Assembly (NCBI GenBank): GCA_016840465.1
Contig: JAEOSH010000012.1
Span: 1-32,000 of the forward strand
Reading direction: 5' to 3'
DNA from: Candidatus Baldrarchaeum yapensis
GTDB taxonomy: Archaea > Asgardarchaeota > Baldrarchaeia > Baldrarchaeales > Baldrarchaeaceae
DNA length: 32,000 nucleotides
Below, piece after piece: positions 9,698 through 17,810 of the stretch. The position numbers were made by a program, and so were the translations under genes. Positions within the stretch are counted from its first letter, which is position 1. Every line of letters begins with the position of its first letter. The notes beneath the pieces are model-generated. The model was given only the letters and a program-made list of their open reading frames with translations. It had not been told where the DNA came from and did no database searches.

Positions 9698-10345
9698 ATG
9701 TATATTGCGGGGATTGACGAGGCGGGTCGTGGCCCCGTTATAGGTCCAATGGTAATAGCAGGTGTGCTGATCACCGAGGAAGATCTCGGCAAGCTAGCAA
9801 AGCTTAACGTTAGAGACTCGAAAATGCTTAGCAGGTCCAGAAGGATAAAGCTTGCGGAGGAGATATTGAGGATCGCCAAAAACGTGAAAATAATAGAGGT
9901 CAGTCCATCCGAAATAGACAATGCAAAGGGTCGCGGCATTTCTTTAAACGTGCTAGAGGCGATGAAGATCGCGGAAATCATAATTTCCCTGAAGCCCGAC
10001 ATAATTTACGTGGACTCGCCGGATATATTCCCAGATAGATTTGCTGAAACCGTGAAAAGCTTCTTACCGAACGAACTGAAGGAAGTGACAATAGTATCTG
10101 AACACAAAGCCGATGCAAAGTTCCAAATAGTGTCAGCGGCGTCGATTGTTGCAAAGGTACACCGCGACAGAATAATAACACGTCTGAAGGTAAAGTACGG
10201 TGACTTCGGAAGCGGATATCCATCAGATTGGAGAACAATAAGGTTCCTGCAAAATTATGTGAAACAGTACCATGATGTGCCTGATATTGTCAGAAAGTCC
10301 TGGAAGACCGTAAGAAAAATCCTTGAAAGTATTAAGAGTGGTTGA
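9698..10345 (+). CDS. rnhB: Ribonuclease HII
   Basis: GIDEAGRGPVIGPMV, RDSK, EHKAD, VSAASIVAKVHRD and GSGYPSD motifs; start ATG 9698. Confidence 0.97.
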   Translation: MYIAGIDEAGRGPVIGPMVIAGVLITEEDLGKLAKLNVRDSKMLSRSRRIKLAEEILRIAKNVKIIEVSPSEIDNAKGRGISLNVLEAMKIAEIIISLKPDIIYVDSPDIFPDRFAETVKSFLPNELKEVTIVSEHKADAKFQIVSAASIVAKVHRDRIITRLKVKYGDFGSGYPSDWRTIRFLQNYVKQYHDVPDIVRKSWKTVRKILESIKSG

Positions 10346-11327
10346 ACTCCTCGTATTTGCACCTTCTGCTGATTATGTTTATCAGATCCTCTGGATCCTC
10401 CATCCTCTTGAGTTCATTAGTTCTGAGGATCGGTACACCCTCAATACTGTTACTAACTTTCTTCCCCTCGATTATGAAGACAGCATCCTTCTGTACGACC
10501 TTAGATACACTTTTTACAATTCTTATCCTCCTCAAGATGGTTCTATCATCCGCATATCCCACTCCGGTTAGAAATATTGCCTCTTCCTGAGTGGGAGCCT
10601 CAGTTATAGCGTCAAACGGGGCGCATCTGGTCGGAAACGTCTTAAAACCAAGAGACTGAAAAAGCCTAAACACCTTCTCTTTCAAAATGTCTTTTATGTA
10701 TGAAAACTCCACGTCCTCTATCGTGACATCCGTTATATTCCACGAGAAAACATCTATAGGAAGGGTTATGTCTTCTTCGAGAACCTCCTCGAGCCTCAGT
10801 GCTGTTTCTAGAGATGCATCCATCTCTCCACGTTCATACTCGTAAATGGACTTTCTTGATACGCCAACAAGATCCGCTAATACCCCTAGGGAATATCCCT
10901 TCTTTTCCCGGCACGCTCTTATCTTCTCAGTATTCAGCTTAACGAAGAATCCTCCCCTTTTCGCATATATCACCGGAAGTAGACTTCTTATCAGGATATT
11001 ATAGAGCGTGAACGGATTTATTGCGGGAATGCCGTACCTCTCATAAACGACACCTTCCTCCATGGGCTCCTTCCCGGCTCTCTCGCCAATAAGCAGAGGA
11101 GATGCGGATAGCAGGTACGATATATATTTCAATTCCCTGGCATGATTGGCGCTAAGAGCGTCTATGTTTATTAGAACCTTTATCAGTGCCAGCAGAGAGC
11201 CTTTCCTCGCCGCTATGTCGAAGCACGATGACTTGACCCTACACTCAACGGAAATTGAAAAATCCGCCTGTTTCAATATATCCTTAACTAGGGCAAGCAA
11301 CTTCTGGCGATCCCCTATAATTGGCAT
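10332..11327 (-). CDS. Archaeal XRE-type HTH transcriptional regulator (COG1395-like)
   Basis: N-terminal SCFDIAARK...KVLINID...PLLIGER...GVVYERYGIP block and central HTH (SLGVLADLVGVSRKSIYEYERG). Start ATG 11327 (SD GAGGG) or 11360. Confidence 0.85.
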   Translation of the reverse strand: MPIIGDRQKLLALVKDILKQADFSISVECRVKSSCFDIAARKGSLLALIKVLINIDALSANHARELKYISYLLSASPLLIGERAGKEPMEEGVVYERYGIPAINPFTLYNILIRSLLPVIYAKRGGFFVKLNTEKIRACREKKGYSLGVLADLVGVSRKSIYEYERGEMDASLETALRLEEVLEEDITLPIDVFSWNITDVTIEDVEFSYIKDILKEKVFRLFQSLGFKTFPTRCAPFDAITEAPTQEEAIFLTGVGYADDRTILRRIRIVKSVSKVVQKDAVFIIEGKKVSNSIEGVPILRTNELKRMEDPEDLINIISRRCKYEEFNHS

Positions 11328-11452
11328 GTTTTCCCTCGCGCCAGAGATCTGCGAGTCCATTCCTCGTCACTATTTTCTCTTTAATTGAAATAATCAAAAC
11401 GTCGATCAATAATAATCCCTAGAATTATTTAAACTCCACGAATGGAAAAGTC

Positions 11453-11965
11453 TCAGACAAAACCACTTCTACCAAAGCGCTGCGGCCGGGACGGCCATAA
11501 TATGCTTCTGGCCTCACTTATATCCTCTTTGGCAACACCGAATCCTATCACCACGAGGGTTCTGAATTTTCTGCGCAATTCTGCGACGTGTGGCCAGTAA
11601 ATGTAAGGAGGCAGATCCGCGTCCATGTACCTTGAAAAGGGTAACTCGGTATTTCCTAGTAGCTTATGGATTGTGAACTGTTCGAGCTTCCCTCCTGCTA
11701 TTGTAAACACGCCCTTACCTAAATCAAGCCTACGGACAACCACAAATGGCAAGCGCAACATTTTATGAAAACGATCGGGCACGAACTCGGCCAACTTCCT
11801 TATCTCGTCCCTATCCAGCGAGTAGTGCGAACCATCTCTCGCGACAATATTTGGACTATCTTCTTTTAGCAATTCTTCGAGAGTTTTATAGGCTCTTGGC
11901 AGATGGTCGTTTATTTTTTCTATCTCGAACTTCCAAAGAACCCTTAATACCTTATCCACTATCAC
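11453..11965 (-). CDS. DUF61 (UPF0216) family protein
   Basis: EKINDHLPRAYKTLEELLKE...RDGSHY...LRLPF pattern; GTG start with GAGGTG SD. Confidence 0.75.
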   Translation of the reverse strand: MIVDKVLRVLWKFEIEKINDHLPRAYKTLEELLKEDSPNIVARDGSHYSLDRDEIRKLAEFVPDRFHKMLRLPFVVVRRLDLGKGVFTIAGGKLEQFTIHKLLGNTELPFSRYMDADLPPYIYWPHVAELRRKFRTLVVIGFGVAKEDISEARSILWPSRPQRFGRSGFV

Positions 11966-12060
11966 AAGAATTGCACCTCAAAATTCCAAATATTTATGAT
12001 TCGGGTAAAAGCCTTGCTAACATAACCGGAGCAGAGAAGACCGTGAGCATGGTGTCGATT

Positions 12061-13146
12061 ATGCGGGAAGATATACTGAAGACATTAATTGCAATATCCT
12101 CAAAGGCGGAGAAAAAGGGGAATGTGCCCCGCAAGGTATCTGCAAGTAGCGTATATAATATTATTAACGCAATATATAAGTTAAAATCAGCCGAATTCTG
12201 GCATATCGTGAAAGAATCCGGAGAATACACACTTGATGCATTCAAAATTCTTCTAGCCCTTATGGAGGAGAACTTTGTAAAGCGTATCGGAAGAGAGTTC
12301 ACTTTATCTACAAAGGGAAAACAAGCCGCCGAGTCAATAGGTTTAGTTGCAAAATCTGCAAAATGCAATATGTGCACCGGAAAGACCATTATAATTGACA
12401 TTTTATCGGAAATAAGAGACGAATTTGAAAAAATATGCAGTAAAAGACCAAGATTAAAGGTTGAATATGATCAAGCACCAATACTCCCGTCAGATGCATT
12501 ATCAAGAGTTGCATTCATGATAGAACGAGGTGACGTTTCTGGAAAAGATATAATAGTCTTGGGAGACGACGACCTTGTGAGTGTTGCCTTAGCGTTGACC
12601 GAGTTGCCAAACAGAATTGTTGTTTTGGACATAGACGAAGAGTTGATAAAATTCATCCGAGAACATCTGAGTACAGCATCGATTAAGGCTGAGGCCTTAA
12701 CATATGACCTGCGATATCCGTTGCCAGATGACCTAAGGGATTCCTTCGATGTATTCTTTACAGATCCCCCCGATACAACGTTGGGGCTTATTCTCTTCTT
12801 GTCAAGAGGAGCTGAGGCCCTGATAAAAGAGGAAAAGGTGCGGGCATGTGGCTATTTCTGCATGACACATGCGGATGCGCCGATCGATCGGTGGTACAAG
12901 ATTGAGAAGACACTTTTGGAAATGGGCTTCGTAATAACCGATATAATTCGTGACTTCAATACGTACTACGACCTTAGCGTCGAGACGGAGGATTATATAA
13001 AGGAGGGAATTCTGGAAAAAATTCCTCCACCAACCAAACCATGGTATGTAAGCTCATTGATTAGAATTGAGGGACACGGGAAAATAAGTCCAGCAATAAA
13101 GGGAACATTCTTTGATGAAAAGGTCTACGATTATCTTCACTGGTGA
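12061..13146 (+). CDS. bpsA: Branched-chain polyamine synthase A, N4-bis(aminopropyl)spermidine synthase
   Basis: KCNMCTGK, RPRLKVEYDQA, RGDVSGKDIIVLGDDDLVSVALAL, FDVFFTDPP and GFVITDIIRDFNTY, collinear with Thermococcus BpsA as recalled. Start at ATG 12049 or 12061, not 11746. Confidence 0.92.
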   Translation: MREDILKTLIAISSKAEKKGNVPRKVSASSVYNIINAIYKLKSAEFWHIVKESGEYTLDAFKILLALMEENFVKRIGREFTLSTKGKQAAESIGLVAKSAKCNMCTGKTIIIDILSEIRDEFEKICSKRPRLKVEYDQAPILPSDALSRVAFMIERGDVSGKDIIVLGDDDLVSVALALTELPNRIVVLDIDEELIKFIREHLSTASIKAEALTYDLRYPLPDDLRDSFDVFFTDPPDTTLGLILFLSRGAEALIKEEKVRACGYFCMTHADAPIDRWYKIEKTLLEMGFVITDIIRDFNTYYDLSVETEDYIKEGILEKIPPPTKPWYVSSLIRIEGHGKISPAIKGTFFDEKVYDYLHW

Positions 13147-13151
13147 AAGCA

Positions 13152-14513
13152 ATGAGCGGAAAACTCCCAGAGAATGTAAAGGCACGCCTCCGAAAAATCT
13201 TCGGAAAAAATGTCTCGTTCGATCTTGTAGACTTAATATGCTACTCGTCCGATGTTTTTCCGGAATCCGTGCAACTATATGCGAGGCATATTCCAGATGC
13301 TGTTGTAGTTCCGACCAACGTTGACCAAATACGTGAGTTATTAAAACTAGCGAATGAGTACAAAATCCCCATTATTCCGTGGGGCGCCGGAACCAACCTC
13401 ACAGGTGCGGCTACTCCTCTAAGTGGCGGAATAGTTGTCGATATGAAAAAGATGAACAGGATCATAGAGATAAACGAAGACGAACTGTATGTGTTTGTGG
13501 AAGCGGGAATTACTTTAGAACGACTGGAGAAATTTCTTCAAAATAAAGGATATACGATCGGGCATGAACCGGGAAGTTTCCCATCAGCTACAGTTGGCGG
13601 CGCTATTGCAACGAACAGCGTGGGTTATAGAGCAATTAAGTACGGGTTTATTGGCGATATAGTACTAGGACTGGAAGTCGTCCTTCCTCGTGGCGATCTG
13701 CTGGTGATAAGGCCTGCAACTAAAAGTTCATCCGGGTACAACCTAAAATGGCTATTTATAGGCTCAGAGGGGACGCTGGGAATTGTGACAAAGGCGTGGC
13801 TCAAAATAAGAAAGGCTCCTGAGGAGAGGATTCTGTTCTGTGCTCTTTTTAAGAGTTTTGAGGAGGCGTTGCTATGCGCAATTGATATTTTCAGGCGAGG
13901 TCTAGATCCCGTCTATTTAGAAGTAAATGATGAGAATGCAATGCTGGAGTTTGAGGATTACGTTCGTGAAGGAGCAAAAGCAATGCTAATTTTTGGGTTT
14001 GAGGGCCTTCGCGCCGAAGTTAAAGTGAAAAGCGACATTGCTACAAAAATATGCTCGAGACATAACGCTATATTTGTGAACGAGGAGTTCGAAAGGGAGT
14101 TCCTAAAAAACAAATACACAAGGTATGCACGATTACCTCCCGGCAAGTTTGAGGTCACAGAGGACTATTATGTTCCCGTTAGAAAAATCCTTAAATTGAA
14201 GAGGAAATTCGAGAAAATAGTGGAAAGGTACGGATTGGAGAATCTAGGAATATCTGTATGGATTTTCCCGTCTCTTTTCGAAATCTCTCTCCGTTTTAGT
14301 GACTCACAAATCGCAACTTACAGGAAAGTTGTGGAGGAGTTTGTAAAAGAGGTAGCAGACGCAGGCGGGTCTTTATCTCATTGCCATGGAGTAGGTACTA
14401 AGTTATCTGCTATACTCAGTCTCGAGCACGGCGACACGGGCTTCGACATCATGAGGAGTATTAAGCAAATTTTTGATCCAAATAACATCTTAAATCCCGG
14501 AAAATGGCCATGA
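13152..14513 (+). CDS. FAD-linked oxidase of the VAO/GlcD/AGPS superfamily, alkyl-DHAP-synthase-like motifs
   Basis: PWGAGTNLTGA, GHEPGS, TVGGAIAT, GSEGTLGIVTKAWL, GGSLSHCHGVG and FDPNNILNPGK. ATG 13152 has a GGTGA SD overlapping the bpsA stop. Confidence 0.85.
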   Translation: MSGKLPENVKARLRKIFGKNVSFDLVDLICYSSDVFPESVQLYARHIPDAVVVPTNVDQIRELLKLANEYKIPIIPWGAGTNLTGAATPLSGGIVVDMKKMNRIIEINEDELYVFVEAGITLERLEKFLQNKGYTIGHEPGSFPSATVGGAIATNSVGYRAIKYGFIGDIVLGLEVVLPRGDLLVIRPATKSSSGYNLKWLFIGSEGTLGIVTKAWLKIRKAPEERILFCALFKSFEEALLCAIDIFRRGLDPVYLEVNDENAMLEFEDYVREGAKAMLIFGFEGLRAEVKVKSDIATKICSRHNAIFVNEEFEREFLKNKYTRYARLPPGKFEVTEDYYVPVRKILKLKRKFEKIVERYGLENLGISVWIFPSLFEISLRFSDSQIATYRKVVEEFVKEVADAGGSLSHCHGVGTKLSAILSLEHGDTGFDIMRSIKQIFDPNNILNPGKWP

Positions 14514-14516
14514 CAC

Positions 14517-15449
14517 TCATACTGGAATCTCTATAGGCTTCTCATCCGTGGATACCGGAACATCAGTACGCTTTAACGCCATTAAAATGTCCTTAGGGAG
14601 TACGAATAACGCCTCATGGAGTTCCGGAGAATAATATTCGGTGTAAACACCCCTCTCTTCGAATCTTTTCTTTATAAGATCTTTACTTATACTTCTAGGG
14701 TCTATATGATCTGAAGCAATTATAAACATCCAATAGAGCCCAAAGGATGGAATCCATGCCCCATAAGGCCTGACTATCGAAAAAACCTCCGATAATGTCT
14801 TATAAATCGCAACAAACTCTCTCTGATATACGTATGGGCTCTCACTATGGGTAGTCACGATTCCATTTGAATTAAGTCTCGATTTTATTAATTTATAGAA
14901 CTCAACGGTGTACAGACGGGCTGACTGTCCCGAAGGATCTGTCAAGTCCAGAATTACCACATCAAACTTGTCATTAGTCCTCTCGACGAATCTTCGCCCA
15001 TCCTCTATAAAAATACTCACTCTTTCGTCGTTAAATGCATCCTTATGAACCTCTTTCAAGTATTTTTTCGAAATTTCTATTATTTCCTTGTCCAGATCTA
15101 CAAGAACAACCTCCTTCACGACGTTGTGCTTAAGAACCTCCTCTAATGCCCCTCCATCTCCTCCCCCAATTATTAACACCTTTTCCGGTCTGGGATGGGA
15201 AAAGAGGGATGGATGAACGAGACTCTCGTGGTAAATGTACTCATCGAAAGTCGATAATTGCACCTTTCCATCTATTAGGAGCATTTTGCCAAAGTCTGGA
15301 GATTCGACAATTTCCACTCGCTGATATTTCGTGGTGCCGGAAAATATCACTCTATTTATCTGTACCAGTCGTGAGAGACTCCTAGTGAGCCGCTCATGAT
15401 AAAGCATGCCACCAATGTCGATCGATGATGAAGAGGGCATATCTGCCAC
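14517..15449 (-). CDS. speE: Polyamine aminopropyltransferase (spermidine synthase family)
   Basis: TKYQRVEIV, LLIDGKVQ, DEYIYHESLVHP, VLIIGGGDGGAL, IEDGRRF and DVVILDLTDP. Start GTG 15449 or ATG 15440. Confidence 0.95.
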   Translation of the reverse strand: MADMPSSSSIDIGGMLYHERLTRSLSRLVQINRVIFSGTTKYQRVEIVESPDFGKMLLIDGKVQLSTFDEYIYHESLVHPSLFSHPRPEKVLIIGGGDGGALEEVLKHNVVKEVVLVDLDKEIIEISKKYLKEVHKDAFNDERVSIFIEDGRRFVERTNDKFDVVILDLTDPSGQSARLYTVEFYKLIKSRLNSNGIVTTHSESPYVYQREFVAIYKTLSEVFSIVRPYGAWIPSFGLYWMFIIASDHIDPRSISKDLIKKRFEERGVYTEYYSPELHEALFVLPKDILMALKRTDVPVSTDEKPIEIPV

Positions 15450-15842
15450 CTATCTCTGAAGTGCTGATATTCGCTCTATGGCGCTTCTCAAGTTTAAACT
15501 TATCAGTCCAATCTGCGAGAGTGCATCCGCTCCGGCATATGCAACTAATATGACATTTCTCCCTCCCGCGATCACAATGTAACCATTCGTCCCCCTTATC
15601 GTTATTTCACGCAATTCTCCTCGCTTGAGTTTTTCGGAGACGGTGGACGAGTGTTCATATATTTTGATTATGGCTTCAGCTGTGGGCTCATATGGGATCC
15701 TTTCGATCCCCTCCGCCGCTATCAATTCTCCAGTATTCGAAACAACAATCATTCCCTCAATTGCTGGAATGATCTTCATGATTTCCCTAAGAATTGCCAA
15801 TATCTGCTCTCTGGCCGCCACACGGTCTTCCTCCTTTGACAT
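15450..15842 (-). CDS. Roadblock/LC7 domain protein (divergent, full-length)
   Basis: IEGMIVVSNTG...GELREITIRGTNGYIVI...IGLI roadblock pattern; stop codon abuts the speE start. Confidence 0.85.
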   Translation of the reverse strand: MSKEEDRVAAREQILAILREIMKIIPAIEGMIVVSNTGELIAAEGIERIPYEPTAEAIIKIYEHSSTVSEKLKRGELREITIRGTNGYIVIAGGRNVILVAYAGADALSQIGLISLNLRSAIERISALQR

Positions 15843-15944
15843 CTATGATCTACATTCTCCTGCCAAGTTTTAATTGTAACGAACACCATAAATTAATTGA
15901 GTAACACAGTTAATATTTGATAACCCCAAGGAGCGTTTTCCCCA

Positions 15945-16229
15945 ATGCTATCCGAGGATGTCATTAAGAGCATTCTTGAGAACCTCGGGAAGATGGAAGG
16001 CGTTAAGGGGGTCGTTATCACAACGACGGAGGGAATTCCGGTACACTCAACATTCCCACCAGATGTAACCGAGAAAATATCCGCATTTGCCGCGTCTCTC
16101 TTAGGAAAAGCTAAAGAGATGATCAAGGAAGTGGGTGGCGCAAAGGTTACCTTTATAACACTAGACACGTCGGAAGGCGAACTCTTAATATCAAGTGAAC
16201 AGGAATATGTGATAGCGATCTTGCGGTAG
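15945..16229 (+). CDS. Short roadblock/LC7 protein, DYNLRB-like (94 aa)
   Basis: GVKGVVITTTEGIPVHST signature; ends after the last beta strand with no C-terminal helix. Confidence 0.88.
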   Translation: MLSEDVIKSILENLGKMEGVKGVVITTTEGIPVHSTFPPDVTEKISAFAASLLGKAKEMIKEVGGAKVTFITLDTSEGELLISSEQEYVIAILR

Positions 16230-16284
16230 GAATAAATTTAATACCGGGTTTGCCGTGAAAAATAATGATGTGGACGGTGGTCGA

Positions 16285-16752
16285 ATGGAGCCTAATGTCT
16301 TTGAGAAAATACTAACAAGGCTAATAAAGAGCGAAAGCGGAATAAGACGGGCGATCTTAGTCGATAGAACCGGTCTGACTATCGCCCATGCCTCGAAGTT
16401 CTCATCCTATTATCCGATAGACGTGGAGGGAATAGGCGCTATTGCAAGCGCGATTTTCGTTGGCAGTGAGGAGCAGGGCAAGAACCTTGACATAGGAGAC
16501 CTACAAATGGTGATATCAGAGTTCGAGAACGGAAAAATATTCGCAATCAGCTGCGGACAGGGGGTACTTTGCCTAATCACCGATCCGGATGTCAATATAG
16601 GAATGATAAGGTTGCTCATGAAACGAACTGCTGCAGAATTAGGGAAATTGCTGGATGAGTTCCTATCGGCCACCGTCTCGATTCCTGTAGAGGAGAAGAA
16701 GGAGGAAGAGGAAGAACTAAAGGCAGCCCTCGATGCGCTGGAACAATTATAA
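16285..16752 (+). CDS. MglB-like roadblock protein (putative GAP of the adjacent GTPase)
   Basis: AILVDRTG and NIGMIRLLMKRTAAELGKLL resemble MglB; acidic C-terminal helix; directly upstream of the MglA-like gene. ATG 16285 has a GGTGG SD. Confidence 0.8.
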   Translation: MEPNVFEKILTRLIKSESGIRRAILVDRTGLTIAHASKFSSYYPIDVEGIGAIASAIFVGSEEQGKNLDIGDLQMVISEFENGKIFAISCGQGVLCLITDPDVNIGMIRLLMKRTAAELGKLLDEFLSATVSIPVEEKKEEEEELKAALDALEQL

Positions 16753-16767
16753 TGGTGGCCATAAGAC

Positions 16768-17358
16768 ATGCCAAGAGTTGACCCCCAGGGAAGATTACAC
16801 TTTAAAATAGTGTTCTGGGGTCCCTCTTTATCGGGAAAGACGACATCACTTAGGTGGATATACAATAACGTAGAGGGAATAACTAAGGGGAGATTTGTGT
16901 CGATAGAAGATCCGACAGGCAGAACGCTATACTTCGACTACACGCCTGTCTCCATATCGTCAAAAGTCGTGTTCGATCTCTATACAGTCGCGGGGCAAAG
17001 AAGGCACAAAATACAGAGAAGGAAGGTGCTGGAAGGAGTAGATGGAATACTATTCGTAGCAGATTCGGATCCAGCTCAGCTTCAGGAAAATGAAATTAGC
17101 ATGACCGAATTAAGACAACTGCTAGGAGACAAGCTTGGAAGGGAAATACCACTTGTCGTGTTACTAAATAAGCGAGATCTTCCAAATGCCGTGAGTAAGG
17201 AAACCCTCCTCAATGCCCTTAAGATAGTCCCGGTAAATATTCGCGTTTATGAGGGAATCGCGATAAGAGGGATAGGAGTGAAACAGGCTTTCAAAGCGAT
17301 AGTTCGTGAGGTGCTCTGGAACTATTACCAGCGGGCTAAGCAACAGAAGGCACAATGA
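16768..17358 (+). CDS. MglA-family small GTPase
   Basis: KIVFWGPSLSGKTT (G1), GRTLYFDY (switch I), LYTVAGQ (MglA-type G3 with T in place of D), GVDGILFVADS and LNKRDLP (G4). Confidence 0.92.
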   Translation: MPRVDPQGRLHFKIVFWGPSLSGKTTSLRWIYNNVEGITKGRFVSIEDPTGRTLYFDYTPVSISSKVVFDLYTVAGQRRHKIQRRKVLEGVDGILFVADSDPAQLQENEISMTELRQLLGDKLGREIPLVVLLNKRDLPNAVSKETLLNALKIVPVNIRVYEGIAIRGIGVKQAFKAIVREVLWNYYQRAKQQKAQ

Positions 17359-17385
17359 AAAAGTTTATCCAAAACAGGAGTTTTC

Positions 17386-17793
17386 ATGTTTATGAAGGTG
17401 ATTGAAGTGAGTGAGGTTGTAGGGGTTGAGCCTCAAACACTATCCAAATTACTAAAGGAGTTTACAATGACAGTCCCAGAAATCGAGGGCGCGGCCCTTG
17501 TCACTGATGAGGGACTACCAATAGTGTCCGTTCTTCCAGAGGGTGTTGATGAAACAAAGATTGCCGCTATGACGGCAGCAATTCTATCTCTTGGAGAACA
17601 AACATCTAAAGAATTAGGGAAGGGGTCTCTAGAGCAGGTTTACATTAAAGGGAAGAACGGTTACATAATAGCGATGGATGCGGGATCGAATGCCGTGTTA
17701 GCCGTCATCGCAAGCAGTGAAGCAAAACTAGGGCTAGTTTTGTTTCGCATGGAGCAGCTTGCTGAGAAGATATCAAAGATAATATCTTTGTAA
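17386..17793 (+). CDS. Roadblock/LC7 domain protein (COG2018 type)
   Basis: EIEGAALVTDEGLPI...IAAMTAAILSLGE...ELGKGSLEQVYIKGKNGY...AKLGLV. Possible true start GTG 17407 (GGTGA SD). Confidence 0.92.
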   Translation: MFMKVIEVSEVVGVEPQTLSKLLKEFTMTVPEIEGAALVTDEGLPIVSVLPEGVDETKIAAMTAAILSLGEQTSKELGKGSLEQVYIKGKNGYIIAMDAGSNAVLAVIASSEAKLGLVLFRMEQLAEKISKIISL

Positions 17794-17810
17794 AGCTTGG
17801 GTAGTCAAAA

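Noticed and set aside
11746-12048. Long N-terminal extension of the bpsA ORF
   Set aside because: It overlaps the DUF61 gene on the opposite strand and similarity to BpsA only begins near 12061; treated as an upstream open-frame artefact, as are the extensions of pyrD (3213) and rps8e (6129).
15450-17793. Calling the roadblock-GTPase cluster a true Rag/Ragulator ortholog
   Set aside because: The GTPase has MglA-type motifs and no C-terminal roadblock domain as Rag GTPases have, and no LAMTOR1-like gene is visible; the similarity is only an analogy.
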